This document shows, in pieces, positions 42,430 through 51,999 of a stretch of DNA of 64,000 nucleotides. A program made the position numbers and the translations under genes. The stretch is from an uncultured beta proteobacterium (GTDB taxonomy: Bacteria; Pseudomonadota; Gammaproteobacteria; Burkholderiales; Gallionellaceae). Under the pieces are notes generated by a model, which did not search any database, was not told the DNA's origin, and was given only the letters and a program-made list of their open reading frames with translations. Location of the stretch: the NCBI GenBank assembly GCA_963735945.1, contig CAVTMV010000010.1, forward strand, positions 17,559 through 81,558. Reading direction: 5' to 3'. Position 1 is the stretch's first letter. Every line of letters begins with the position of its first letter.

Positions 42430-43646
42430 TGTTCGCCATGCTCAGCGAAGCGTGGGTGGCGATGGGCGCCAACCGGCTGCGCACCTTCCTTACCATGCTC
42501 GGGATGGTCATCGGCGTCGGTGCAGTGATCCTGATGCTGGCGGTGGGGCAGGGTGCCCAGCAGCAGGTGCAGGCATCCATCGCCTCCATGGGCAGCAACT
42601 TGTTCATCATCCTTTCCGGCTCAACGACGTCGAGCGGCGCGCGCATGGGGGGCGGTGCCGCGCCGACGCTGACCATCAACGATGCGCAGGCCATCGAGGA
42701 ATTGCCGGCAGTGAATGCCGCAGCGCCTGCCTCACCCGGTACGGCGCAACTGGTGTATGGAGCCAACAACTGGAGTACCCAGGTCAACGGTACGACACCG
42801 AGTTTCCTGATCGTGCGCGATTGGCAGCTTTCGGCAGGAGCGCCATTCTCCAATTCCGATGTCCGCTCGGCCACACAGGTCGCGCTGCTGGGGCAGACCG
42901 TGGTGCAGAACCTGTTCGGCGACGAGGATCCCGTCGGCAAGACCATCCGCATCAAGAACAGCCCTTATGTGGTGCTCGGCGTGCTGGCGGCGAAGGGGCA
43001 AAGCCTGGACGGGCGCGACCAGGACGACAGCGTGCTGGTTCCGGTGACGACGGCGCAACGCAAGTTGTTCGGGACGCGCATCAGCGGCACGGTGCGCTTC
43101 ATCATGGCACAGGCGGAATCGGCCGAGGCGATGCCGCGGGTGGAAAAGTCCATCAATGACCTGTTGCGCCAACGACACCGTATCCGCGAAGGCATGGATA
43201 ACGATTTCACCGTGCGCAACCTGACCGCCATGGCGAACACGGCAGCCGAGACCGCTAAGGTCATGTCGATGATGCTGGGCGCGATCGCCTCGATCTCCTT
43301 GCTGGTCGGCGGCATCGGCATCATGAACATCATGCTGGTGTCGGTGACTGAGCGCACGCGTGAGATCGGTATCCGCATGGCTATCGGCGCGCGCGGCCAG
43401 GACATCCTGCTGCAGTTTCTGCTGGAGGCGATCATTATCTCCGTCGCCGGCTGCCTGATCGGCGTGCTGCTCGGCGTTGGCGGCGCGATAGCTGTGAACA
43501 AGCTGACCGGTATGGAAGTGCTGGTGACCGTCACTTCCATCGTGACGGCATTCGGCGTGGCGACGGTGGTCGGCATCTTTTTCGGCTGGTATCCGGCGCG
43601 CAAGGCCGCTAATCTTAAGCCTATCGAAGCCCTGCGCTTCCAATGA
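42426..43646 (+). CDS. MacB-type ABC permease
   Basis: LRTFLTMLGMVIGV, VGGIGIMNIMLVSVTERTREIGIRMAIGA, PARKAA.L.PIEALR. Confidence 0.93.
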   Translation: MMFAMLSEAWVAMGANRLRTFLTMLGMVIGVGAVILMLAVGQGAQQQVQASIASMGSNLFIILSGSTTSSGARMGGGAAPTLTINDAQAIEELPAVNAAAPASPGTAQLVYGANNWSTQVNGTTPSFLIVRDWQLSAGAPFSNSDVRSATQVALLGQTVVQNLFGDEDPVGKTIRIKNSPYVVLGVLAAKGQSLDGRDQDDSVLVPVTTAQRKLFGTRISGTVRFIMAQAESAEAMPRVEKSINDLLRQRHRIREGMDNDFTVRNLTAMANTAAETAKVMSMMLGAIASISLLVGGIGIMNIMLVSVTERTREIGIRMAIGARGQDILLQFLLEAIIISVAGCLIGVLLGVGGAIAVNKLTGMEVLVTVTSIVTAFGVATVVGIFFGWYPARKAANLKPIEALRFQ

Positions 43647-43746
43647 TTGCTGCCTGGTGAGAGAACCGGGGCATACCGTGCCACAGACAGCGCTTTTCAT
43701 TTAGTATCCTCTTCCCGGAAATTCCCGAAAAGATTCGAAGTAGCAG

Positions 43747-44391
43747 ATGAAATCAACCAGACTTTTACTGGCCCGCGACTTGGTCGATACCTTGCCGCAC
43801 GGCATGCCGGGTTTGTTCAACCCGTGGGTGGATCATTGTCCGCATGACGCCGCAGGCAATGGCCCCGAAGCCAAACTTCAGCGGCTGGCGCAGCATCTGA
43901 GCTGCGAGCCGGAATTCATCCTGGCGGGAGAGGCGCCCGGCTATCAGGGCTGCCGCTACAGCGGCATCGCCTTCACCAGCGAACGGTTGCTGGGCGAGGG
44001 GGCCATTCCGCGCATCCCCGCCTTGGCGGGGCGGCTGTCCACGCGGCGCCTGCCGTTCTCCGAGCCTTCCGCCACCATCGTCTGGAAGACGCTGTACCGT
44101 CTCGGCATCGCGGAACGCACCATACTGTGGAACGCGATGCAGTTGCATCCGCATCGCGCCGGCGAACTGTGGTCCAACCGCACGCCGGCACCGGAAGAGA
44201 TCCGGCTGGGTGAACCAGCCATGCGCCTGCTGATCGAGGCATTTCCCAAGGCCAGGATCGTGGCCGTCGGCAAGAAGGCAGAAGGTTTGCTGACCGAGAT
44301 GGGCGTGCGGGTCGCTGGGGCGGTGCGCCATCCGGCGAACGGCGGCGCGACCGAGTTCGCCAGCGGCCTCCAGGCATTGATGAGGGCATGA
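43747..44391 (+). CDS. Uracil-DNA glycosylase superfamily protein
   Basis: [45 protein letters not shown]. Confidence 0.85.
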   Translation: MKSTRLLLARDLVDTLPHGMPGLFNPWVDHCPHDAAGNGPEAKLQRLAQHLSCEPEFILAGEAPGYQGCRYSGIAFTSERLLGEGAIPRIPALAGRLSTRRLPFSEPSATIVWKTLYRLGIAERTILWNAMQLHPHRAGELWSNRTPAPEEIRLGEPAMRLLIEAFPKARIVAVGKKAEGLLTEMGVRVAGAVRHPANGGATEFASGLQALMRA

Positions 44392-46193
44392 CGGACGCGT
44401 GCGACATCAAGTTCTTCCTGGCCGGGCTGCCGCTGCAGCCGGGCGTGTATCGCATGCTGGATGCGGCCGGGCAGGTGCTGTACGTAGGCAAGGCCAACCA
44501 GCTCAAGAAACGCGTCAGTTCCTATTTCCAGAAGAGCAACCTGTCGCCGCGCATCCAGCTGATGGTGTCGCACATCGCCAGGATCGAGGTCACGGTGACG
44601 CGCACCGAGGCCGAGGCGCTGCTGCTGGAAAACAACCTCATCAAGACGCTGAAGCCGAGCTACAACATCCTGTTCCGCGATGACAAATCCTATCCCTATA
44701 TCGTGCTGACCGGCAGCCCGTCACCGCGGCTGACGTACTACCGTGGCGCCACCGACCGGCGCAACCAGTACTTCGGCCCCTATCCCAATGCACAGGCAGC
44801 GAAAGAGAGCATCAACCTGCTGCAGAAGGTGTTCAAGCTGCGTACCTGCGAGGAAGGGGTGTTCAACAACCGCACGCGGCCCTGCCTGCTGCACCAGATC
44901 CACCGTTGTAGTGCGCCCTGCGTCGGCCTGATCAGCGCCGAGGACTATGCCACCGATGTACGCAACGCCGGCTTGCTGTTACAGGGCAAATTCGATGAGG
45001 TCGAAAAGAAGCTGCGCGCTGCGATGGAACATGCCTCGGAAACCATGCAATATGAGCATGCGGCGGCGCTGCGCGACCAGATGCAAGCATTGCATACGGT
45101 GCAGCAGAAACAGTTTGTGGAGAGCGGGCGCGACACCGATGCCGACATCGTCGCAGTGGTCGAGGCGGAAGGCGCGCTGTGCTTGAATCTTGCGATGGTG
45201 CGCGGCGGGCGGCATCTGGGCGACAAGCCGTTCTTCCCGCAGAACGTGCAGGGGCAGGACAGCGCCGAGGTGCTGGAAGCGTTCCTGGCGCAGCATTATC
45301 TGGAGAGCAGCGTGCCCCCGTTGATCATCACCAGCACCGAGATTACCGACGAGGCGCTGGAGCAGCTGCTGGGCGAACAGGCTGGGCACAAGGTGCAGAT
45401 ACGCCATGCGGTAACCGGCGAGCGGCGGCAATGGCTGGAGATGGCAGAGGCCAATGCCTTGCTGGCGCTGAAGCAGCGGGCGGGTTTGCAGGCCGGGCAG
45501 GCGCTGCGGCTGGACGCGTTGCGTGGCGCACTGTCGCTGCCGGACCTGAAGCGCATCGAGTGCTTCGACATTAGCCACACCATGGGCGAGGCGACCGTGG
45601 CCTCCTGCGTGGTGTACGACGACTTGGCCATCCGTCCGCAGGAATACCGCCGTTACAACATCAGTGGCATCACGCCCGGCGACGACTACGCCGCGATGAA
45701 GCAGGCCCTGCAGCGGCGCTACCAGAAGTTGCAGCAAGGAGAAGGCAAGCGCCCCGATTTGATTCTGATCGATGGCGGAGCAGGCCAGTTGGGGATGGCG
45801 GTGGAAGTGATGACCGAATTCGGGTTGTCGGACATCGCGCTAGTCGGCGTGGCCAAAGGCGTGGAACGCAAGCCTGGCATGGAGCAATTGTTGCAACCCG
45901 GCGTGGAAAAGCCGTTACAATTGAAACCAGACAGCCCAGCTTTGCATCTGATCCAGCAAGTACGCGATGAAGCGCATCGTTTCGCCATCAGCGGCCATCG
46001 GGCCAGGCGGGGCAAAGCGCGCACGGCATCCTCGCTGGAGGATATCGAAGGGGTCGGCGAAAAACGCCGGCGCAACCTGTTGACCCACTTTGGCGGACTG
46101 AAGGGCGTACAGCAAGCCAGCGTAGAAGAATTGGCGCGAGTGGAAGGCATCAGCCCGGCACTCGCAGAAAAGATTTACCGGCAACTTCATTAA
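44388..46193 (+). CDS. uvrC: Excinuclease ABC subunit C
   Basis: PGVYRM..LYVGKA (GIY-YIG), [29 protein letters not shown], and HhH motifs. Confidence 0.97.
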   Translation: MTDACDIKFFLAGLPLQPGVYRMLDAAGQVLYVGKANQLKKRVSSYFQKSNLSPRIQLMVSHIARIEVTVTRTEAEALLLENNLIKTLKPSYNILFRDDKSYPYIVLTGSPSPRLTYYRGATDRRNQYFGPYPNAQAAKESINLLQKVFKLRTCEEGVFNNRTRPCLLHQIHRCSAPCVGLISAEDYATDVRNAGLLLQGKFDEVEKKLRAAMEHASETMQYEHAAALRDQMQALHTVQQKQFVESGRDTDADIVAVVEAEGALCLNLAMVRGGRHLGDKPFFPQNVQGQDSAEVLEAFLAQHYLESSVPPLIITSTEITDEALEQLLGEQAGHKVQIRHAVTGERRQWLEMAEANALLALKQRAGLQAGQALRLDALRGALSLPDLKRIECFDISHTMGEATVASCVVYDDLAIRPQEYRRYNISGITPGDDYAAMKQALQRRYQKLQQGEGKRPDLILIDGGAGQLGMAVEVMTEFGLSDIALVGVAKGVERKPGMEQLLQPGVEKPLQLKPDSPALHLIQQVRDEAHRFAISGHRARRGKARTASSLEDIEGVGEKRRRNLLTHFGGLKGVQQASVEELARVEGISPALAEKIYRQLH

Positions 46194-46236
46194 ATTGATT
46201 TTGTTGCTAAAAAAATATACCGACACATGCACTGAT

Positions 46237-46812
46237 ATGCCGTTGAACATACCGAATCTGCTGACCTGGTTCAGGATACTGATGATCCCCGTGTTCGTCG
46301 CGGTGTTCTACGTTTCAGACGAGACGCTCAGCCTGCATCACAAGCATCTGCTCAGCACGGCCATCTTCTGGCTGGCGGCCATCACCGATTGGCTGGATGG
46401 CTATCTGGCGCGCGCCCTGAACCAGGGCTCGGCCTTTGGCGCTTTCCTTGATCCGGTGGCGGACAAGCTGATGGTTGCGGCGGCGCTGATCGTACTGGTC
46501 AAACTAGGGCTGGTCGATGTCATCATCGCCTTCATCATCATCGGCCGCGAGATCACTATCTCGGCGTTGCGCGAGTGGATGGCTCAACTGGGAAGCAGCA
46601 AGAGCGTCGCCGTTTCCATGCTGGGCAAGTTCAAGACCGCTTTCCAGATGATCGCTATTCTGTTTCTGCTGTACCAGGAGCCGCTGTTCGGTATCTCGAC
46701 CTTGTGGTGGGGGACATTGCTGATGTATCTGGCGGCCGTGCTCACACTGTGGTCGATGGCCTACTACCTGATGCTGGCGATGCCGCAGATCAGAAAAAAA
46801 ACTCACCGGTAA
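46237..46812 (+). CDS. pgsA: CDP-diacylglycerol--glycerol-3-phosphate 3-phosphatidyltransferase
   Basis: NIPNLLT..RI, TDWLDGYLAR, GAFLDPVADK, GREITISALREWMA. Confidence 0.96.
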   Translation: MPLNIPNLLTWFRILMIPVFVAVFYVSDETLSLHHKHLLSTAIFWLAAITDWLDGYLARALNQGSAFGAFLDPVADKLMVAAALIVLVKLGLVDVIIAFIIIGREITISALREWMAQLGSSKSVAVSMLGKFKTAFQMIAILFLLYQEPLFGISTLWWGTLLMYLAAVLTLWSMAYYLMLAMPQIRKKTHR

Positions 46813-46814
46813 AA

Positions 46815-46850
46815 TTGATTTTTCGCGTTTGGTCTGTATAATGCCGCGCT
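46815..46850 (+). promoter_or_regulatory. Sigma70 promoter of the tRNA operon
   Basis: TTGATT-N16-TATAAT followed by a GC-rich discriminator (gccgcgc). Confidence 0.7.
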
Positions 46851-46852
46851 CT

Positions 46853-46929
46853 CGGGGTGTAGCGTAGCCTGGTAGCGCGCCTGGTTTGGGACCAGGATGT
46901 CGGGAGTTCGAATCTCTCCACCCCGACCA
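46853..46929 (+). tRNA. tRNA-Pro(TGG)
   Basis: Acceptor CGGGGTG/CACCCCG, anticodon arm CCTGG-tt TGG ga-CCAGG, TTCGAAT loop, CCA end. Confidence 0.96.
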
Positions 46930-46970
46930 GGTTCAAGTAGCAAGAAGTCAGTTGGTTTGCCGAAAGAATT

Positions 46971-47047
46971 GTGCCCGTAGCTCAACTGGATAGAGCACCG
47001 CCCTTCTAAGGCGGGGGTTACAGGTTCGATTCCTGTCGGGCACACCA
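46971..47047 (+). tRNA. tRNA-Arg(TCT)
   Basis: Acceptor GTGCCCG/CGGGCAC, anticodon arm CCGCC-ct TCT aa-GGCGG, GTTCGAT, CCA end. Confidence 0.96.
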
Positions 47048-47065
47048 ATGACTTGTCGGTTCAAC

Positions 47066-47142
47066 GGTGGCTGTAGCTCAGTTGGTAGAGCCCTGGATTG
47101 TGATTCCAGTTGTCGTGGGTTCGAGCCCCATCAGCCACCCCA
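47066..47142 (+). tRNA. tRNA-His(GTG)
   Basis: G-1 plus GTGGCTG/CAGCCAC with C discriminator, anticodon arm CTGGA-tt GTG at-TCCAG, CCA end. Confidence 0.96.
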
Positions 47143-47146
47143 ATTT

Positions 47147-47183
47147 AAAGCCCGCTAATTTATTGGTTAGCGGGCTTTTGTTT
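47147..47183 (+). terminator. Terminator of the tRNA operon
   Basis: aaagcccgctaa-tttattgg-ttagcgggcttt followed by tgttt. Confidence 0.85.
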
Positions 47184-47534
47184 GCCTGATTGTCCGGCTA
47201 ATGCAATATTTGTAACAATCCGGCTGCAATATACAAACCGGTTCAGTCGGCCCCGCGCCTTTTTGCAGGTCATTTGCCCCCTGCTGATATGTCATCAGTC
47301 AATTAATGCTGAATTTTTCCGCCTATTCAATTATTGAGTATGCGAGAAACAAGATAAGCTGGTATGAGAAAAATCGCTGTTCATGTCCTGAAAACAGGAT
47401 TACCGTAGTCACTGAAAGTGAAGACTTTATATATCCTGAAGCCAGCAGAATAAGCAAAACAAGAATGATTCCTAAACTTCTGCGCAGTGTTGTCGCTATA
47501 GAAGATGTGCTTAGGGAACTTTCCAATAAAAATT

Positions 47535-48749
47535 ATGAAGAACTCAAACAACTCTAGCCTCATCTTTTCTGGAGCGCTTTTAAGCGGCGTCCTGCTAGGT
47601 GTACATGCGTTGTACTTCTATAGCGCAGAAGTGTTGGTGGCTGATAGCGCCTTGTTTATCCTCTTGGCGCTGGGGTGGCGCTATCTGATCAAACAAGCCG
47701 ATGCAGCAAAACATCCCCAAGGTTCGGCTAATCTGCCAGAAACTCAATCCGAGATTAATCTCATCCAGGAGACCAATGCATTTCACGTGCAATTAGGCAA
47801 AGAGGTTTCCAGCCAGATCAGCCTGGCCCATACCGAATTGAGCAACACCCAGGCCATTCTGAGTGATGCCATTGCCAAGCTGGTGGACACCTTTACGGCA
47901 ATGGCTGAAGAGGTCCATGCACAACAAGCCTTGTCGCTGTTCATCTCTGGCCAAGAAGAAAAGAGTGGCGGGCAGAGCTCCAAAGTCAAATTCGAGCAAT
48001 TCGTCCTGGATACCCAGAAAGCCATGAATGAATTTGTGGACAGTACTGTTCAGAACAGTACTCGCGCCATGGAGTTGGTGGAAAAGATGGACGAGATGAG
48101 TGCTCAGGTCGAGGGCATATTGGGGCTGGTGAACGAGGTGGGCAGTATTGCCAAGCAAACCAACCTGCTTGCTTTGAATGCCGCGATCGAGGCGGCGCGG
48201 GCAGGTGAGTCAGGACGAGGGTTTGCCGTAGTTGCAGATGAGGTGCGCAACCTTTCGGAGAAGACCAACAAGTTCAGCAGCCAGATCCGCGAGTTGGTAG
48301 GCAGCGTTAACCAGTCCTTGATGGCAGCGGAAGACTCGATCAACAAGCTGGCTGCCAAGGACATGACTTTCGTGATGGACTCCAAAAGACATGTTGAGTC
48401 CATGATGGTCGATCTTGCTGCCCTTAATCAGACCATTGCAAACAACGGTGTCGAATTGAGCCAGATCAGTGCCAAAGTCGAGCAGAACGTCTCGGTAGCC
48501 GTATCCACCTTGCAATTCCAGGACATGAGTTCGCAGTTGATCGGCCATGCGCAGCTGCGGTTGACTGCTTTGCAGGAGGTCGTCAACGAACTGGCCAAGG
48601 GCTCCTCCGGATTAACGCTCAATGCATACCTGGAACAACTGGCCGCTTACAATAAGTCGCTGCACCAGCACGTAGTCTCGCTGGATGAGAAGAAAACCAA
48701 CCCGGTTGCCCAGAACAATTTCGATACCGGCGACATAGAACTTTTTTAA
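47535..48749 (+). CDS. Short chemoreceptor with 2 close TMs and essentially no periplasmic domain (McpA-like), C-terminal DIELF
   Basis: [43 protein letters not shown], ends GDIELF. Confidence 0.9.
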   Translation: MKNSNNSSLIFSGALLSGVLLGVHALYFYSAEVLVADSALFILLALGWRYLIKQADAAKHPQGSANLPETQSEINLIQETNAFHVQLGKEVSSQISLAHTELSNTQAILSDAIAKLVDTFTAMAEEVHAQQALSLFISGQEEKSGGQSSKVKFEQFVLDTQKAMNEFVDSTVQNSTRAMELVEKMDEMSAQVEGILGLVNEVGSIAKQTNLLALNAAIEAARAGESGRGFAVVADEVRNLSEKTNKFSSQIRELVGSVNQSLMAAEDSINKLAAKDMTFVMDSKRHVESMMVDLAALNQTIANNGVELSQISAKVEQNVSVAVSTLQFQDMSSQLIGHAQLRLTALQEVVNELAKGSSGLTLNAYLEQLAAYNKSLHQHVVSLDEKKTNPVAQNNFDTGDIELF

Positions 48750-48831
48750 TTTAACTTCATAAGATTGCGGGATGACTTCGATAAATCTCTGGAGTATTCT
48801 TAACTTCCTTTCAACTGACTGAGCGCAAAAA

Positions 48832-49197
48832 ATGGCTAAAACTGTATTGACTGTTGATGATTCTGCTTCCATTCGTCAGATGGTGGCTTTCACACTCAAA
48901 TCTTCCGGATACACCGTTATTGAGGCTGCCGACGGTCAGGAAGGACTGGACAAAGCGAAGGCCAATTCCGTCAATCTGATCCTGACCGACCAGAATATGC
49001 CGAAGATGGATGGCCTGACACTGATCAAGACTCTGCGCGGCTTGCCGCAATACAAGGCTACCCCAATCTTGATGTTGACTACGGAATCCAGCGATGCCAT
49101 GAAGGCTCAGGGCAAATCGGCGGGCGCGACAGGCTGGCTGGTCAAGCCGTTCGATCCGCAAAAACTGCTGGAAGTCGTCAAGAAGGTAATCGGTTGA
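48832..49197 (+). CDS. cheY: Chemotaxis response regulator CheY
   Basis: Single receiver domain (VDD, TDQNMPKMDG, LTTES, VKPF) directly before cheA. Confidence 0.92.
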   Translation: MAKTVLTVDDSASIRQMVAFTLKSSGYTVIEAADGQEGLDKAKANSVNLILTDQNMPKMDGLTLIKTLRGLPQYKATPILMLTTESSDAMKAQGKSAGATGWLVKPFDPQKLLEVVKKVIG

Positions 49198-49265
49198 AGT
49201 GAGCAGTAAAGCTGCCATGTTAAGAACTGCCAATAAGCTCCGCACTTCATACTAGGGGAATACCA

Positions 49266-51407
49266 ATGTCCATCGACATGAGCCAGTTTTACCAGGTGTT
49301 CTTTGAGGAGTCCGCCGAACATCTTGCGAACATGGAAAGTTTGCTGCTTGCGCTCGATCTGGACGCGCCGGACCCGGATCAGCTCAATGCCATTTTCCGG
49401 GCCGCCCATTCAATCAAGGGAGGGAGCGGGACTTTTGGTTTCACCGACATGACTGAGGTGACTCATGTGCTGGAGACCTTGCTGGATCGCATTCGAAAGA
49501 ACGAGATCGCCATAACCTCCGACATGGTGGACGCCTTCCTGCAGGCCGGTGATGTACTCAAGAACTTATTGGATGCCCACCAAACCGGTGGCGAAGCTGA
49601 CGAAGCTGCATCCGTTGCCATACGCGAAAGACTGCAGAAGCTGACCTCATCTCCGGCTGGGGCGGAGCAGGCGCCGCAAAAAGAGGCTGCCGTTGCCCCA
49701 GTAACCAGTGAGCCGCCGCAGGCTCCTGCAAGCGAAGGAAAGAGCGTCTACCAAATCCGGTTCGTCAAGAACAAGAAAAACTTCCCCAAAAAGGCACAGC
49801 TCAATAATCTGCTGCAGGCGCTGAGCGATATTGGAACAGTTGAAAATCAGGAGATAGCCAGTGATTCGGTATCGCTGACTCTGACCACAAGCAGCTCAGA
49901 GGCGGATCTGCGCGACACATTTTCATTCTTCATCGAGCCGGAGCAACTCACGCTTACGCTGCAAAGCAGCCCCACATCCGGCAGTGAATCAAAATCTGAA
50001 GACGAGCTTGGTTATGGTTTCTTCGTGGCGCCTGAACAAATCCAGGCCGCGGCCGAAGATGCTCAAGGGTATGGCTTTTTCGTGGAACCGGAAAAGCTGA
50101 AATCGGAGGCCGAGAATGCACAGGGCTATGGTTTCTTCACCGACGTGGAAAGTCCGGCCCAGCCTGTCGCTGCGCCAGTGCAAGCTGCCCAGCCGGAAGA
50201 GGTTCCGCAGAGGCGAGCTTCAGACAAGGCTGCTGCCGTCGCGGCAGAAACCTCTATTCGCGTCAGCGTGGAGAAAGTCGACCAAATGATCAACCTGGTC
50301 GGCGAGCTGGTCATCACACAAGCGATGCTGGCCGAGACCGTGTCCACCATGGATCCGGTGATGCATGAACGCCTGGTTAATGGTCTGGCCCAGTTGGAGC
50401 GCAACACACGGGATCTGCAGGAATCGGTCATGTCGGTGCGCATGATGCCGATCAATTTCGTATTCAGCCGCTTCCCCCGGGTGGTGCGTGACCTGGCGGC
50501 CAAGCTCGACAAGAAGGTGCAACTTAAAACGGTGGGTGAAGGTACTGAGCTGGATAAAGGGCTGATCGAGAAAATCAGCGATCCGCTGACCCATTTGGTG
50601 CGCAACAGCCTGGATCATGGCATCGAACACCCCGATGAGCGGATTGCCAAAGGCAAGGATCCGCTGGGCACCATCACGCTGAAGGCATCCCATCAGGGCG
50701 GCAATATCGTCATTGAAGTCGAGGACGATGGCGCCGGTTTGAACCGCGAAAAGATCCTTGCCAAGGCCAGGGAAAAGGGCATTCCGTTCAACGACAACAT
50801 CAGCGATGCCGATGTATGGCTGATGATCTTCGCGCCGGGCTTTTCAACTGCCGAGGTTGTCACTGACGTGTCGGGACGAGGTGTCGGCATGGATGTGGTG
50901 AAGCGGAACATCGATGGCATCGGTGGCCGGGTCGAGATTTCATCGCGGCAGGGTCGAGGCAGCACCGTCACTATCCGTTTGCCGCTGACATTGGCGATCC
51001 TGGATGGTCTGTCGATAGCAGTCGGCGATCAGATTTATATTGTGCCGCTCAGTTTCATCAGCGAATCCCTCCAGCCCGCTGCAGCCGATATCAAGGAAGT
51101 CAGCGGGCAGGGGAAGGTGGTGCACGTTCGCGGGGAATACGTGCCCTTGGTCGCATTGCACCAGGTTTTCAGCATCAAACCCAGGGTCACCAAGCCAGAG
51201 GAAGGCATATTGGTGCTGCTGGAAGCTGAAGGAAAGAAAGTGGCTTTGTTCGTGGATGAACTGGTTGGCCAGCATCAAGTGGTGATCAAGAGTCTTGAAA
51301 CGAATTATCGCAAGGTGCCCGGCGTTTCAGGTGCCACGATCATGGGCGATGGACGGGTTGCCATGATTATGGATGTGTCCGCCTTGGTTAAATTGGCGCA
51401 ACATTGA
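49266..51407 (+). CDS. cheA: Chemotaxis histidine kinase CheA
   Basis: FRAAHSIKG Hpt, SIRVSVEKVD, HLVRNSLDHGIE, DDGAG, SGRGVGMDVV, C-terminal CheW domain. Confidence 0.97.
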   Translation: MSIDMSQFYQVFFEESAEHLANMESLLLALDLDAPDPDQLNAIFRAAHSIKGGSGTFGFTDMTEVTHVLETLLDRIRKNEIAITSDMVDAFLQAGDVLKNLLDAHQTGGEADEAASVAIRERLQKLTSSPAGAEQAPQKEAAVAPVTSEPPQAPASEGKSVYQIRFVKNKKNFPKKAQLNNLLQALSDIGTVENQEIASDSVSLTLTTSSSEADLRDTFSFFIEPEQLTLTLQSSPTSGSESKSEDELGYGFFVAPEQIQAAAEDAQGYGFFVEPEKLKSEAENAQGYGFFTDVESPAQPVAAPVQAAQPEEVPQRRASDKAAAVAAETSIRVSVEKVDQMINLVGELVITQAMLAETVSTMDPVMHERLVNGLAQLERNTRDLQESVMSVRMMPINFVFSRFPRVVRDLAAKLDKKVQLKTVGEGTELDKGLIEKISDPLTHLVRNSLDHGIEHPDERIAKGKDPLGTITLKASHQGGNIVIEVEDDGAGLNREKILAKAREKGIPFNDNISDADVWLMIFAPGFSTAEVVTDVSGRGVGMDVVKRNIDGIGGRVEISSRQGRGSTVTIRLPLTLAILDGLSIAVGDQIYIVPLSFISESLQPAAADIKEVSGQGKVVHVRGEYVPLVALHQVFSIKPRVTKPEEGILVLLEAEGKKVALFVDELVGQHQVVIKSLETNYRKVPGVSGATIMGDGRVAMIMDVSALVKLAQH
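50010..50145 (+). repeat. Three GYGFF repeats at a 57-bp period in the CheA linker
   Basis: GYGFF starts at 50010, 50067 and 50124. Confidence 0.85.
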
Positions 51408-51455
51408 AGCACTTTTGTTGAACGGGCAACGGAAAAAGCAAAGAAAGGGAGAGTT

Positions 51456-51944
51456 ATGCAAACCAACGAAATGTCCACAGCAACTGTTGCAGCCGGCCGC
51501 GAGCTGCTGACGTTCACGCTGGGTAAGGAAGAGTACGGCATCGACATCCTCAAGGTGCAGGAGATCCGGGGTTACGATGCCGTCACCACGATCGCCAACG
51601 CTCCCGAATTCATCAAAGGCGTGATCAACCTGCGCGGCATCATCGTCCCGATCGTGGATATGCGCATCAAGTTCCATCTGGGGAACATCGAATACAACCA
51701 GTTCACCGTCGTCATCATCCTCAACGTTGCCAACCGTGTGGTGGGCATCGTCGTGGACGGCGTCTCCGACGTGATCGCGCTGACGCCGGAGCAGATCAAA
51801 CCCTCACCCGAATTCAGCACCACCCTGGATACGCAGTACATCACCGGACTGGGGACCGTGGACGAACGCATGATCATCGTGGTGGATATCGAGAGGCTGT
51901 TGAGCAGCAAGGATATGGAGCTGTTCGAGGTGGCTGCAGCCTAG
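51456..51944 (+). CDS. cheW: CheW copy 1
   Basis: [43 protein letters not shown]. Confidence 0.96.
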   Translation: MQTNEMSTATVAAGRELLTFTLGKEEYGIDILKVQEIRGYDAVTTIANAPEFIKGVINLRGIIVPIVDMRIKFHLGNIEYNQFTVVIILNVANRVVGIVVDGVSDVIALTPEQIKPSPEFSTTLDTQYITGLGTVDERMIIVVDIERLLSSKDMELFEVAAA

Positions 51945-51999
51945 GCGCGGCCCTGATGCAGGATACGGACTGGAATAATCAATAATAAGGGGAAGGTAA

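Noticed and set aside
46237-47142. pgsA followed by tRNA-Pro/Arg/His rather than the Gly/Cys/Leu set seen in many proteobacteria
   Set aside because: Probably an ordinary lineage rearrangement with no functional signal.
47066-47535. tRNA-His as the integration site of a chemotaxis island (AT-rich DNA follows)
   Set aside because: No integrase and no duplicated tRNA 3' end in the window. The AT-rich stretch is consistent with a promoter region.
47306-47563. Short ORFs and a possible c-di-GMP riboswitch upstream of the che cluster
   Set aside because: The ORFs lack an RBS or motifs, and I could not find the c-di-GMP-I consensus elements. An Infernal/Rfam scan would settle it.
48755-48790. Sigma28 promoter candidates (also near 21285, 47283 and 53774)
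   Set aside because: Only partial GCCGATAA matches with poor -35 boxes or spacing.
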